Numbered from the stretch's first letter, positions 30,741 through 48,734 are shown. The stretch: DNA of 64,000 bases from Eledone cirrhosa (GCA_964016885.1 OZ024740.1:151838001-151902000), one strand, 5' to 3'. Notes: generated from the sequence alone by a model not told the origin. Program-made: numbers and translations.

Positions 30741-30989
30741 ATCAAGGTTTAGCAAATAAGAAAAAGTTTTAAAATAAATTTTAAAAAGTTCACTGTACCT
30801 GCTGTAATTACCCTTACCGTACGGTTTCAAGTCTCGAAAGAGAAAGAGAGAGTCCGCGGGGCTGAGACCGAGAAAATCACTAATAATAGGAGTATACCAT
30901 GCATGGGAAGATTCAGAGAAGGTATATATATATATATTCTATGAATACATATATATATATTCTACGAATATTTATATATATATATATAT

Positions 30990-31909
30990 AGATATAAATG
31001 GAAAAAATGAAACGAAATTTCATTTCTCACTCTTAGTACGGCTGTTACTTAAGTATAAGTATGTATACGTACATACATATATGTATACAGACGTACAGTA
31101 GTATCTATATATATACATACATGCACACATATATATATATATATGTACGTATGGATTTACCGAACATTTATTATAATGCCTGATTTGTTTTTAAACAAAC
31201 AGCCCGAATTAAGCCGTATAGTGTTTAGCAACCATCGTTGCCCTTTTTGTTCAACACTGACAAAGGAACGATGTACTAGTTTCAAGCTTATTAGCTATCG
31301 TCAGGACCGTATACCTTCCTGCCAGATGATTCAAAGTCTGAAAGTATATACTTTCCTAATGCATATTAACGGCTGAGCTGCCTAATTTGCATATCGAGTG
31401 AGTTAATCGGCCGGGCATACCGAAAACGATAAATGGAAAAAATGAAACGAAATCTCATTTCTCACTCTTAGTACGGCTGTAACTTAAATATAAGTATGTA
31501 TACATACATACATTTATGTATGCAGACGTACAGTAGTATGTATATATATACATACATACACACATATATATAAATGTGTGTATGGATTTACCGAACATTT
31601 ATTATAATGCTCGGTTTGTTTGTAAACAAACATCCAGAATTGAGCCGTACAGTGTTTAGCAACCATCGTTTCCCTTTTGTTCAACACTGACAAAGGAACG
31701 ATGTACTAGTTCCAAGCTTATTAGCTATCGTCAGCACCGTATACCTTCCTGCCAGATGATTGAACGTCTGAAAGTATATACTTTCCTAATGCATATTAAC
31801 GGCTGAGCTGCCTAATTTGCATATCGAGTGGGTTAATCGACTGGGCACACCGAAAATCATAAATGGAAAAAATGAAACGAAATTTCATTTCTTACTCTTA
31901 GTAAGGCTG
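30990..31909 (-). mobile_element. Second locus of the tandem hammerhead repeat (430-bp period, ~2.1 units)
   Basis: Reverse complement of the 10025-10826 family. HHR motifs at 31268-31310 and 31698-31740. Confidence 0.85.
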
Positions 31910-32048
31910 AGTATACTGGAGAAACGTGAAAGAATTGTTTTGCTTAAGAACACAACACGCAACCCAGGAATCGAACCAATGATCGTAAGTCCAACACCCT
32001 TACCACTTGGCGAAGTGCCTCCATATATATAAATATATATATATATAC

Positions 32049-32123
<75 letters not shown>

Positions 32124-32386
32124 TCGTATTGAGTTCAAAACTCAAGGATTCCTTTACAATGAAATAGCTCAAAGAAAGAAATATTTCTGAGCCGTATAAT
32201 ACAAGTAAATATAAATTAATATATATGATGAAACACAAATACCAACATATCTGTGTTTATATTGTAAAAGAAATTAAGTTGGCTAGAATGAAATATACTA
32301 ATTATAATATTACAGTTTGCCTATCTCGATTTAAAATAATAAGTCAATAAAAACAAACACTATATATATATATATATAGATGTATA

Positions 32387-32488
<102 letters not shown>

Positions 32489-32709
32489 GAAACACACAGA
32501 TACATGCGGACACACACATATACATGAATGCATCCACACCCAACCGTGAGTTAAGGGTGCCAACCTCACCGATGTTGCTCAATGAATGACTGGGACAGAC
32601 CAATCCGGTTGAACTAGACTGAACCAGTATCAGAGTTAAAAATACATTATGAAGAGAGAAGGAACATTTAGATATAATTAGTAATAAAATGTATCATACC
32701 TAAACTGCT

Positions 32710-32838
<129 letters not shown>

Positions 32839-32843
32839 GTATA

Positions 32844-32874
<31 letters not shown>

Positions 32875-32926
32875 GTATATATATGTATATAAATATATAT
32901 ATATTTATATATATATATATATATAT

Positions 32927-35476
<2,550 letters not shown>

Positions 35477-35482
35477 TCTGTT

Positions 35483-35518
<36 letters not shown>

Positions 35519-35562
35519 AAAATACATAAATATATACGAAAAAATGTAATTGCCAATAGATA

Positions 35563-35752
35563 CAGTGGGGGATTGGCAGTATCGGTAGAGGGTCGGACGC
35601 CATGATTTGACGCAAACAGTTACGTCCATTGCCATTCTGAGTTCAAATCCCGCCGAGGTTAACTTTGCCTTTCATCCTTACGGGGTCGATAAAATAAAGT
35701 ACCAGTAATACACTGGGTCATTGCTGGCCTTGTGCCGAAAGTAGAAACAATT
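35563..35752 (+). mobile_element. tRNA-derived SINE, near full length
   Basis: A box TGGCAGTATCGG, B box GTTCAAATCC, core CCGAGGTTAACTTTGCCTTTCATCCTTACGGGGTCGATAAAATAAAGTACCAG. Older relatives near 29880, 40700, 42160, 42670, 42890, 45290 and 45800. Confidence 0.8.
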
Positions 35753-37632
35753 ATATATTTAGTTCCATTAAACCAAGCACTAGATAGATAAATAGATAGA
35801 AAGTTAGGTCGACAGATAGATCGATAGTTAGACAGATAGATAGATATAGGGATACATACATACATACATACATACATAATTATATATGCATCCATTCATA
35901 CTTATACACACAACTTTCAGCACAAAGACAGAATAAAGAAATCATTACTCCTTCAACTGAAAGCTGTGTGTATATGATTTCCTTTCTGCATGTGTGTGAG
36001 CATGTGTCAATGTGTGTTTGTGTGAGACATCTAAATACATCTTGCGTTGTGAATAGTTATATATGTATAGGGTTTACTACACCCAGGCCTATTAATTCCG
36101 GCGCGTAGTTTACCAAATTTAAGGGACCCTTGGGTATCACCTCTCTTCCTAATGTAATCTGTCCCTATCCAACCACATATATAACCCAACCACAACTAGT
36201 CCCTCCCCAACTATCTGCTATATCTTGATAATCATTCATCTTCTATCTCTCTCACACACTACATCCCATTATAACGAATATTGTGTTACCATAGCAATGA
36301 GATTGGGTCAGAAGATTTCTAATCCTTTGACCTGAGTGTACTGAATGGATTTCAACCTCCACAACCTCAGACTTTGCCGTCACTAGCTCTACCACCACCA
36401 TGAATGCGACCACTACCTTAACCTCTCTCGCCACTATCACTATAGCCACCACAATACACTGTATAACTGAGAGCTATTTGAAAGCATCTTCTTTTTAGAA
36501 AATTTATATATCAAGTTATGTTGATGGAAATGAATTTGTACACGGTTAAAATTAACTTAGAACATGATATAGTCACTACAACCAACAACAACAACACATG
36601 TTTAAACCTTTAAACCTTTACGCGGTCACTCGGCCTGCTTGAAACAACACTTGATCTTGCTCAAACTACATTAACAAAATAAATAAATTAATTAATAAAT
36701 AACACTTTGGATAAAGGATTAGTTGTTTAAAAAAAATATTCCGAAAATATGAGATTGTCATGGTTTGAATGTCTTTGACCATATAACAGATTTATCAAAA
36801 TTGAGTTGGGGCTAAACAACAAAGATACCACCACCAACAGTACGACCACACCCAAGACCATAACCACTACCGATATAACATTCTCCCCCACTCTTACTAT
36901 ATTTCGCTCATTCTCCCCCTCTCTCTCTATATATATTTATGTACAAACACATATACATACCTATACGCACATGTCTATTTATGCATGTATGTATAGGTAT
37001 ATATTGGTATGCCTGCATGCATACATTCGTACAAAAATACAAACATACATCCATAACATGCATACATACATATATACATGCATATATACATACATAAAAA
37101 CGAAAATATATATTCATATGTATGCATGACGTTATATCAAAAATACGTATATCATTCTGTATGTACCTATGTAAGTAGGTGTGCGTGTCTGTATCTGTAT
37201 GCGCATATGTGTGTATATGTGTGTGTTTCTAAGTCTGTATGTGTGTATGTATCCATATCGATCGATGAGCAATTGGACAGATATATGACAGGACTGTGAT
37301 ATAGATGGACAAATGGATGGTTTGATGGATCAGTAAACATACAAACACGTGACGTGAGTCATCCGCACCGCTAAATATCCCACCGAGGGCGAAATATACG
37401 CGTGTTTCTTTTTCTTTAAATAGCAATCAATTACTAAAATTTCTAGTCGTTTGATTGACATGGATGATCTGAAATCCATGCGTTATTTCTCCAAACTTCT
37501 ACTCCTTCTTCTCTCTATCAGACGGTCTGCGTTTATCAGACAGTGCTCCTTAAAGAGAATGCAGGCACACACACACAAACACCCACACACACACCCCCAC
37601 ACCCACACACACATACACACACACACACACAC

Positions 37633-37683
<51 letters not shown>

Positions 37684-37889
37684 TTAATATATAACTCTAC
37701 GAAGTAAAGTCCCCCAAAGTGTGAGTGTGATATGGGCTTAAATTTAATATGTGTGTGGTACTTAAATTTAATATCAGTTCTGGTACGAAATCTTATGTGA
37801 CTTTTTAAAAGATGTCCCTATAAATTGCATATTAGTTTTGTTGCGATTTGAACTGCCTGTTATCTAATCTGAAATTTTGAAATATGTCT

Positions 37890-40640
37890 TTAGACATCCT
37901 TGAGATTTACAGATCTTGAAGCATATGTGGTATTGAGAGGGATGAACTGGTATGTATGTTTTGTAGTTCCCTACTCTGTGTTCTTATATGAGATTAAAGT
38001 TCAGCCTCTAATAGGAAGATTTTACTACAAACTGTACAAGTAGTAAAGGTTCTATTAATTTCAAATTTAGTTATTGGCTGATATTTTTTCTTAGTTTTCT
38101 CTTAATATCTCTTTGCATTGACCTGTTTTGCTCAACGGATTTCACACATTGTCGTTATTTTGAATTCCAGATAGAGATATCCACTGCGAGACTCTAGGTT
38201 TTTTTTTTATCAATTTCTGCATTCTTCAAGTTTTTCAATGCATCCTTGAACATACTCTTAACTTACTGTTTCCTTTTTCTCCGAGCATTAAACAGTTGCT
38301 TAAGGATACGCTGGTCAACCGTGCGGACATTATGTCCAGACCACCGCTGTTGGTTTTATAAACTTATTGATTGTATGAAACAAATACCAGATGCAGTTAG
38401 AACATCAAAGTCTGGAATGAATAGATTTAATTTTATTTTCAGAGTATGGTGTAAGAAGTTTTGATGGAATCGTTTCAGGACTCAGTAATATTTTTAACAC
38501 GTCTAAGTTTCAGAAGAGTAAAGAAGAGAGGATAACACAAAGGATTCATAAACTGATATGTTTTCATTTTTGATACGTCTTTATGACCAAACACGAGACT
38601 CTCAAATACCAAAGGATTTTGATGATATTTGAATCCTTAGCAATATTTCTAAATCCAATGTTTCAGCTTTACTCACTGCACCCCCAAAGTATATGAAGGA
38701 ATAAAAAAAACTTAAGAAGATTAACTTTCACATATTAAGAAGATATCAAGAAGATTATCTTTCACATATACTAAGTTGTTGCATGGACACATCGATCAGG
38801 TAGAGGTTGACACAAAACTAACGTGTTCTTTTAATTTATAGTCAAGCCAAAGATACCACATGCTGGAATCAACAATTGCAATCCAGCAATCAATCAGAAA
38901 TCAACAATTGCAATCCAAGCTCAGTATAACTGACAAGGTCACAACCATCAACATACATAGTCTCTTATTAATGAGGTGAACTCTTTATTCTTAATTTCAT
39001 CCTTGCTAAATTAAAGACATTTCTTGTGGAATGATATCTTACATATACTCCTTCATTATTATTTTGGAAAGCATGATAAAGCATGGCAGCAAAATATATT
39101 GCAAAGAGAGAAGGTGCATCGAGGTCTCCCTATTTCACATCATTTCCACTGCAAAAGGCTCAGAGTGTGCCCCAACGTTAACTCAGGATTTCATGCCTTT
39201 ATGAAGAGCTATCAAATAATTTACAAACTTTTGCGGATATCAAAACAAAACCAGCCATAAAGCGTTCCTAATAACAGTATCGAATGTCTTACTAAGATTA
39301 ACAAAACAGTGGTAGAGTGCGAGGTTCTGTTCAATACAATTTTCCTGCAGTTGTCTGATTATGAAGTTCGTGGCACTTTGAACTTATTAAGCCGTTCCAA
39401 AAGGACACGTGCTAGCAACAGACAATAGGGGATGCCCCTAAAATTACTACATTGGTCTTTGGCATCGGATTTGAAAAGGGAGACCAAGATAACATCAACT
39501 TAGTCTTGTGGTACTTCCTCCTTTCTCTAACAATGAAATATTACAGTTTGTAAAATGTATACTATTTTTTCACCTCAATGCTTGAGAACCTCAGCATTAA
39601 TACTATCTAAGCCAAGAGATTTATTGCTATTTAATTTCTGTTGGATCTGGTTCCATTTCATCTAAAATTGAGTAGCTTTTCGTTGATCCTATATAATTTA
39701 CATTAACATTGGAGGATCCATTAAGGAGCTCAGAGAAGTGTTTTACCCATCGGTTCTGAATGGAGACAATATCAGCTAAAAGTGACTGCTCATTTGCAGT
39801 TTTTACAGGTGCTATGGAAGAGGATCGCGGACCATATATTCCTTTCATGCTGCAGAAAAAGGTGTCAGTATCTTTGTGATCCTCTTGGCTTTGACGTGCC
39901 ACCATTCCTGCTAGGTATTTCCCAAAGAATTTTACATTTTTCTTTTTAATCGTTTATAAGGCTCATTACAATTAGGATTAATTGATAGAGAAATAAATTT
40001 TTGACATAAATTTTGTTTGTCCCAAAATAGTTTACATGTTTCAGGGTTGTTATTTGTTACACAATCATTAGATCTCTTTGGTTTTACACCAACTGATGCA
40101 GATGCTGCCTGGAGGACTTTTATCTTAAAATCTTCCCAAAGATTGCTTGGGTCAAATGTGATATTATTTAATGCACACCGAAAATTATGTATAGCATTGA
40201 AATACTTGAAATTTGCCACATTAAGTTTCTTTGTCTAGCATTTGGTGCTATAATTAATTTGAGTTTGGCCTTGATAAGTCGATGACCACTCCTAGACTCT
40301 GCTCCTCCCCATTGTGCGCGCAATTTATACATCTTTTCCATCACATTTTTTAACTAAAATTTAATCAATGAGATGTCAATCCTTAGAACTCGAGTGTATC
40401 CATGTTGTTACATATTTTTCTGCTGAAAGAAAGTTATTTGTTATTACAAGTTGTTAATCAGTGCAAAATGCAAAGAGTGAAAACCATTTCGGTTACATAT
40501 TCATACAACATATTTACCTATGTCAGGCTATGTTATGAAATCAGACCCAACCTTAGAGTTGAAGTCACCCACGATTACTAGCTTATCAGCAGCTGGCACA
40601 TTTCTCCCTAATTCTTCAAGTTTATTATAGACTTTTTCAC
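37890..40640 (-). mobile_element. Old, heavily decayed RTE-clade LINE (APE endonuclease + RT)
   Basis: Minus-strand remnants: VGDFNSKVG (about 40550-40575), WIHSSSKD*HLID (about 40365-40400), KGIYGPRSS, NRWVKHFSELLN, RGIPLLSVAS, RWSGHNVR..DQRILKQL (about 38290-38350). Confidence 0.75.
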
Positions 40641-43181
40641 TACATATGAGTTGGAGGCGGTGTATTGGCAAAGATGCTAGAAGTCACGGTATTCAATGCG
40701 GCTGTTTGTGCTCTAAGATCAAAACCGTCCGATGTCAACGTTGCCTTTCATCCTTTCGAGGTCGATAAATAATGTACTAGTTCTATATGGGGTCGATTAT
40801 TTTTCTACATTTCTTTCTCTTTTACCCTCTGCTCCACTGGAAAAAATCGGATGTTTTTCAGGCCTGGAAAGGAATGGGCTCAACCAGGTAAAAATACCCA
40901 AAACCCACCATAAGGAGCCCTTACAATACAATCATAACTCAAGGGTTCTTGGCTTATTCGAATTGTGATTGTAATTTATGTCTAAATCTCTCTCGATTAA
41001 CCTATACTTAAAGACGTTCAGACCATGACCATCCTGTATTTTTTTCTTTTTCAGAAATAGTTTACTACACACAACTTTATCTCTTATGTCTTTTTTCTGA
41101 AGACTTAACTGAAACTTCTGCCAAGTCATTAATATAGGAGAACTGAAGCAAATGCGGTATTCGAGCTGAGTAATTGAAATGAGTGACAAAGACTCTATAA
41201 CATATAATTTACTTATCTAGTTGAATAAGTGAATAAATATCAAATACTCCACAACATCAGTTTACTTGATATTTTTAATGTGTGAACAGTTTCACACCCA
41301 GTAAGATGTTCATTTAATGAAAGCGTCTGTTAATCAGAATCTATTTAATTAAGACAGCTTAAATTCATACTTTATTAATTCTAGTAAAAGACACCAGACA
41401 TTAAATTGACATTTTTTTATATATACACATTCATTTATTTTTGTAGTTTACAATTTAGTAACTATTGTAAAAAGTAAAGGTTAGAAAAATCAAGAAATTT
41501 GTGCAATTGTTAATTTTTTCTTTTTTTTTTTTTTTCCTTAAAACAGTTTTTGTCGCTTTCAATTGAAATTGTTGTGCTCTTTATTTATCATGCAATTTAA
41601 TTTTCTGGAAACATTATCTCTCGGTGGCATAAGTGCGTATTAAGATAACTCGTATACGATCAATTTGTATCAATATTAATACATTGTTGTTTAGTACCAA
41701 GTCAACCCTGATTGAATGATCAAAGCATTCTGGCGAGAACCATCTGATCTATTTTCAGACACTTTTTCAATAAATTTAATCCAAAATGTATCTTGCATTT
41801 TTTTAAAGAATGAAAATACAGGATTGAGGAGGGCTGCTTTTTCTAGTGAGTCGATCGATCACACTGACTTCATCGTTGTTTCAAATACTATATGGGTATA
41901 TGGAGTGGTGGAGTATCAGATGTTTTGCCATATTCACGTTTCCTTACATTCTAAGTTCAAACTATAGCGTGGTTCACGTTGTCATTTTTCCGGGTTTCAA
42001 TATAATAAATAAACACCAAGTGTTAAGGGGCATTAATTAAATTCCCTGTGCCAATGTCCTAAAAACAGAAGCCTTGTATCCATGTTAGTAATCAGGGATG
42101 TTGCTTAGTAGAGTTATTAGAGAGTTGGAGAAATGCTTAGCAGTATTTGTGTCGGTTCTTTACGTTTTGAGTTCAGATCCTACCGTATAGAACTTCGCCT
42201 TTCATACTTTCGTTTTTGATAGAATACAATACCACGAAAGAACCAAGATCAATATAATCGTCTTTCCCTCCCTACGAATTGCTGTCCTTGTGCCTAAGTT
42301 AGAAATCATTATTAAAATTAATATGGATTAATAAAGATCACTTTATTGGTAAAGGGTATATATAACTACATTGTATGTCTCCTTATGTGTCATATGAAGA
42401 GAAATTTGACTGTGATTGATCAAATATGTATCAGTCAAGTGGTGTTCGGCCGGAGTTGATAAAATACATAGCAGCCAAATAATATGAGAAAAGTGACTTA
42501 TTAAGTTATAACCGACTGCTCCAAAATACGAGGTCATGTGTCTATGTCAGAAAACCAATATAGTAATAAATTATAGTGGTGCAGGGGGAAAAACAGCAAA
42601 ATGTCAGAGAAAATGTATTGCAATAGTTAAATGTTGTTAAGAATAAGAATACCTTATATTTTATATTTTGAGTTCAAATCTCGCCGAGATCACCTTTGAA
42701 TTTTATCTTTCCGGGGACGCTAAAATGAAGTACCAGTCAAATACTGGGGTTGATTTAATCAACGTTGCCACCCTCCTAAATTTGTTGGCCTATTGCCTAA
42801 ATTTTATATCAATATTTACTTATGTGGATTGGAGGAATGATTAGAGTCGCTCAAAAAATGCTTTACGATATTTAGTTACGGTTCGTTAATTTCTGAGTTC
42901 AAATCCTTCCAAGATCAAGTTTAATTTCAATCATTCCGAGATATCTAACCGACTGACCACACCTCATAATTTGTGGAATAGTACCTTGTTAAAAAAACAA
43001 TGTTTACGCGTATCATCTGCTTCAATTCTACTTGTGCTAACTTTAACCAGTCACCTTTCACTGATGGATACAAAAATGGATACAGAGAGAGAAATGTGAC
43101 AAGTCTTTATGGAGAGGTGATGGTAAACGACACTTACCCAAGATAACACGCAGCCGGACCGAAACAGAATCTTAATGATTG

Positions 43182-44924
43182 CACCTTGTAATATATTTTT
43201 TGTTCCCCGGTTCTAAGTGTCATTCCCTGGTTTGTTATATCCCATTATTATTAAAAAAAACACTATTATTTAATCAGAAGTTTGGGTTTGTGGTCAGGAG
43301 TTTGATATTTCGAAACTTTCCTATTTTTCAAGAAAAAACACATTTTTTATAAATTTATCAGTTCATATAATTAAATCAACAGAGTATATATTTATTTTAT
43401 TACACAAGCTTATCAAAAGCAAACAAGTAAAAACAAATAACACTTATAAAGCAACTTATACAAGTCAGAAATGACTGGATTTCCTGGATTTGCGGTTGTA
43501 GTCCATGTCGCATTCCCGCACTAGCCCCCAGATATAGTCCCGCATCATGTTTTCATTGTAGTGGCCCTGGTACCTCCGCTCTATCTCTTTCACATCTTGG
43601 TGGAATCGTTCGCCTTTTTCTTCTGAGTAGGCGCCCATATTGTCCTTGAATTTTTCCAGGTGAGCGTCCAGCATATGGAGTTTCAGCGACATCCTGCATC
43701 CCATGGCGCCAAAAGCCTTTATCAGATCCTGCACCAGTTGTTGGTAATTTTCAGCTCTGTAGTTGCCCAGGAAGCCCTTAACAACTGCCTTGAAACAGTT
43801 CCATGCTGTTCTCTCAATCCTATTGAGCTTATTGGAGAACTCGGTAGAATCAAATACCTTTATCTGAGGTCCAACAAAAATTCCACCTTTGATTTTGGCC
43901 TCAGATAACTTGGGGAAGAACTCAAGAAGGTACTTAAAAGCGGCTGATTCTTGGTTGAGAGCCTTCACAAACTGCTTCATCAACCCCAACTTAATGTGCA
44001 GTGGCGGCATGAGCACAATCTTGAGATCAACCAGTGGCTCCCACATGACGTTCCGGGTCCCAACTACAAATTCTGTTCGCTGCTCCCAGTTCTTTCTTTT
44101 GTAGTGGTCAGAGGTGGCTCTGCTGTTCCAAGAGAAGAGGAAGCATTGGAATTTGATAAAGCCTCCTTGGAGTCCAAGCAGGAAAGCCACCATCTTGAAG
44201 TCTCCAATGATTTCCCAATTGTACTGGTTGTATTGCAGAGCTTCCAAGAGGTCTTTCATACTGTAGTAATCTTCCTTCAGGCAGACTGAATGAGCTAGGG
44301 GCAGTGTCGGGAACTTGTTTCCATTGTGAGGAGGACAGCCTTCAAACTTGTGGTGGAGCTGTCTATAAATAGCCGCCACTCCTTGGGCCCAAACGGCACC
44401 CCAATAACGTCAAACAGTCCAGGCACGTCATGGCAGAAGCAGAGGCCATCCCTAAGAGTGTAAAAGCCTGAGAAAGGTTCGTGTCGACTTCTTTGACTTG
44501 TCACCTGCACTTCCTCCTTGACCAAGTTCCACTGCTTCATCCTGGAGACGAATGCTTAAAACATAACATACCCTTTATTCAGGGTGCGAAAATCCAGTAT
44601 CAATAAATCTCTTTAATCCACTTTTTAAAAATGTTATACTTTATTGCACTTTTATAATTTTCTTTAGGTATTACTCTTTATTTTATAATTTTAATTTAAC
44701 CTGAAACATATATAAAAAAATCATTTAACATAAGCAAATTAAACTTACATACAACGTAAAATCCAGCATACAAATAATTCTAGTGAATAGCTTAGAATTT
44801 TTACAAACCCAAACTTTTAACTGTTTAATAGCACTTTTTTATTTATTTATTTGGGACCTAAGCAACACAAAAAAAAGTGATTACAAGCCAGGAACAGAGA
44901 AAAAAGTTTTTTTGTTACACGGTG
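43182..44924 (-). mobile_element. Chapaev3-type (CMC) DNA transposon, internally deleted
   Basis: Termini CACCTTGTAATA / TGTTACACGGTG (imperfect TIR, CAC...GTG), TTG duplicated on both flanks, and a transposase remnant inside. Confidence 0.8.
43465..44550 (-). pseudogene. Chapaev3-like transposase, C-terminal part, frameshifted near 44310
   Basis: WRLFIDSSTTSLKAVLL, GDFKMVAFLLGLQGG, PPLHIKLGLMKQFVKAL, KGGIFVGPQI, MSLKLHMLDAHL, GAYSEEKGERFHQDVKEIERRYQG. Confidence 0.85.
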
Positions 44925-47900
44925 TTGTGAAACGAAATTCTTACACATTTGGCCATGCGGCATCCACTACCGACTGATAACTGAGACCTGTCACTCTCAG
45001 TCGGGTCTCAATGCACTCATTTCCAATCCTGAGAATGCCAGTGAGAAGAGGTGGAATGTGAACTCAAAAGGCAAAGAGTCGAAACCGATATCGAAAAGAC
45101 ATCTCGTTCGATGCTCTACAATCCCTAAATTGATGGTATGATTGGATTTAATGGAGACGTGGCTGTTATCTCAAGCACGTGGAGCGTCATTGTAAAGGCC
45201 CTACTTCGTTACCTTGACATCAATCCTTCGGCGAAATCGGTAGATCGATGACAATATTTACCATATAATTTCAGTTTCCGCCAAATTTACCATTACCTTT
45301 CATCCTTCCGGATGTACCTATCAAGTACTTGCATCGATGTAATCGATTGTTGTTCTCCTGTAAATTTTAGGCCCTGTGCCTATGCAAGAAATCAATTTTT
45401 TTTTTATAAAACATAGCGAGTGATACAGGTGTCCACAATACGGTTTCCGTTTCTAGAGGAAGCTGCTAACTTTTTCTTTACAATATTTCTAATAAAGAAC
45501 ACATTATATTTCATATAATTTTCAAAATAATTAAAAAGTAGATTTAGAAATATAACTAACATTCTCATTATTAAGTTGCTGTTAAGAACATGACTTCATG
45601 CATACAATTATGATTATGGTTTTTAGTTATATATAAACTTTAAATTAAACAGTTTTATCTCATAGAACCAGGGTTGTTTCAAGTGTTTCGGTATCAACAG
45701 GGTTAATATTCGTGATTATTTGATGTTGTGGTGGTGATGGTGGTGGTAGAAATAATAATAGTAGTAGTAGCAGAGGAAAGTCGATTATATTGACCCTCGT
45801 ACTTGACTGGTACTTTATTCTATCGATCCCGAAACGATGAAGAGTAAAAATCTCTCCCCTCTTACTCTTTCTTTCACACATACACAAACACACACATACA
45901 CACGCAACAATATATTTATGTATGTGTAGATGATTTCATGGTAGTTTGAGATAAATATATAGAATAATCTAGAAGTAATTGCAATTGTGTTGCGTCTATG
46001 TATATATATGCACGTATGTGGATTAGTGATTTATTTATCAACCTGGAAATAATACAAGGCAATGTCAGTTAGAGTGGTATTTGAACTAAGAATGTAAATA
46101 CTTAGAAGAAATGCCGTAGAGCATTTTGACCGACCACTAACGATTTCGCCTATTGAGTCAAACGTTAGATACCTTTGCCAGAATTATATACACTAAATAA
46201 AGTCTATATACATAAATATGACTTTTAATTGCTCCGACTTAACCGTGAACAAAGTGACACCAAATCAAAGCTATCCAGAAACTCAAGTAGATGTTACACA
46301 AATTCCTAAACTTAGCAAACCACCTCCACAAATTACTGGTATGTGAGGCGGTGGTTGCCATCAAGCTGCGGCTATCGTGTATATGTTTTGACATTTTGCG
46401 AAATTGGATGGGGATGAATCGACAATATTCTATATATGTCACCTCGTTGTCAATTTGTTACCAGCTAATATTCATAAACCTTTTGAATGAAGCATTGAAG
46501 CGTATGATAAGTTAAAAAGGCAACTAAGTGACCCTTAAATTTGGGTTCAAGGACATTTGGGGGGTCTTAAATTACATTACACTATCAGAAAAACTAACCT
46601 TCAGGTGGGTTTCTGCTAACATGTGTAATGTGCATATTGATATTATACGCAAGTATATATGCATGTAGATATGATACATCAAATAAAATCGTAATTGACA
46701 ATATACACAGAAATTGAACGAAGACTGCGTTAGACTCTCTTATATAATCAGTAACGTAATCCATGATACATTAAAAAAAGACAATATTATATATAAACTG
46801 CATTAGGAGAAAATTAGTGAGGGAAATATATGAATGATTATTTACGCGATCGCTAACCGCAAGTGTTGACATTTGAAAATTTTAAAGAAGTGAATCTTAA
46901 AATAAGGAACAAAATTATTTATATTTAATCAAGAATAACGAAATTTAGTAGATAAATTATGTAATATTCATTCATTATTTATTCAAAGTAATACAAACGG
47001 GATAAAAAAATATATTCTGGACACAGTCCCGCATTCATTACTTTATTATAGTTTAGGTTTGGAGTGGACATACATAGATTTCGACGAAGAATGTTACCGT
47101 TGCTCGATCAATGGAACGGCCTGCTCAACAAATTAACGTAAAAGAGGCTAAGGATTCCACAACCAAGTGCACCCTTAAATTAATTTTCCGTGGGAGTCAG
47201 CCTGATGCAATGGGCGTGACAAGGCTAGCCATTTGAATTACTAGAATTTTTTTGAACACACTGATGCGTGTTTGAGCAAAATGTTATAATCGTGCAAAAA
47301 CTTACAAAAATACACACTCACAGATATACATGTGGATGTTAGACGCTGTTTTCTGTAGTTTGTCATCCCCCCTTCCTTCCTCAGTTATCTCTAGTGTGTG
47401 ACATCATCATCCCTTCCTTCCTTAGACATCTCTAGAGTGTAGCGGAAGGATGGACGGACGGAAATCGCTCAAATTTATATATAGATAGGTACAGTCAATC
47501 CGACGGGCCTGCAAAGAGTTTCCGTCAATCTACTTTCACACACAAGGTTTGGCTCGATACTAGGTTAGTGTAAATGACACACGCCTGGACGAAATCGAAC
47601 GTTGGGCCTAATGATTGCGTAGTGAACTTCTTCGCCATTTAGTCATGCTGCGTCTACATCATGATATTAATAATTATAATGGATAATATAGTATTAGATA
47701 ACAAATACCTGTAAAGAGGTGAGGAGGTTATGGTAGGAACATTTTTTTATCATAGACCTTCTCAATCAGGGTCATCCTGGGGTTAAACAACATCAACAAC
47801 ATTTCCTAAACGGTCATCTCTATTTCTACCTCATTTTACATCAGTTATTGCTGGACTTGATCAATAAAGGTCGCCATTTTGAAGATTCTTTTATTCATTT

Positions 47901-48734
47901 GTTTTTCTTGTACGCAAACTTTACAAATATGTTTATCTATTTTTATTTTTGTACAGTACTAATCTTACTTTATTATTGAAAATATGAAAATAACTCGAAT
48001 CGACATTGGAAATTGCAACCACTACATTATCACACATAACAGCAATAACAACAAAAAATAATAGTAATACTACTAATAGCATCAACTTCTATAAATATAT
48101 AGACATATAGACACATACAGGGATAGATACACAAACAATGAGAGATAAACAGTGAGAAACACAGAGAGAGAGTGGGGGGTTGGTTAAACTTCCGAAAATT
48201 ACGCAGTCTGCTATCTTTTGTCTCAATAGCATTGATTTCACTGGTATCACCATGCCTGTGAGATGGTGGAGTAAAATGATAAAGACATAGATTATAAGAG
48301 AGGAACCAAGGAAAATTAGAGAGTGAAGTTAAAGTAAAAGAAGAGACAAAACATAGAAAGGAGAGAAAGAGCAAAAAATAGAAAAAAGTGTGTATGGGAA
48401 GGAGATAGTAAGGACAGTATCTCCTTTGTCAACCATTTTGACATCTAAAAACTAAAATTGTAAAAATACTCAGCATAAAAGGTTACATTGATTTCCCTGC
48501 TCTCATTTTATTATTACTTTTGTTTGTTACTGTTGATGTTAATATTTTTATTGTTATTATCCTTGTTGCTATTGTTGTTGTTGTTACTGTGTTTGTTGTT
48601 ATTATTCATGAAAAACAGTTGATACAAAAAAAATATCCAGACTTGTATTTGGTCTTTTATTCGATGGTACTGAAACTTTTTATTGTTCATGTTGCTGTCC
48701 ATATTGTTGTTATCGATGTTGTTTTTTTGTTATT

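Noticed and set aside
35563-35660. tRNA gene
   Set aside because: A and B boxes are present but there is no cloverleaf; it continues into a SINE core and is multi-copy.
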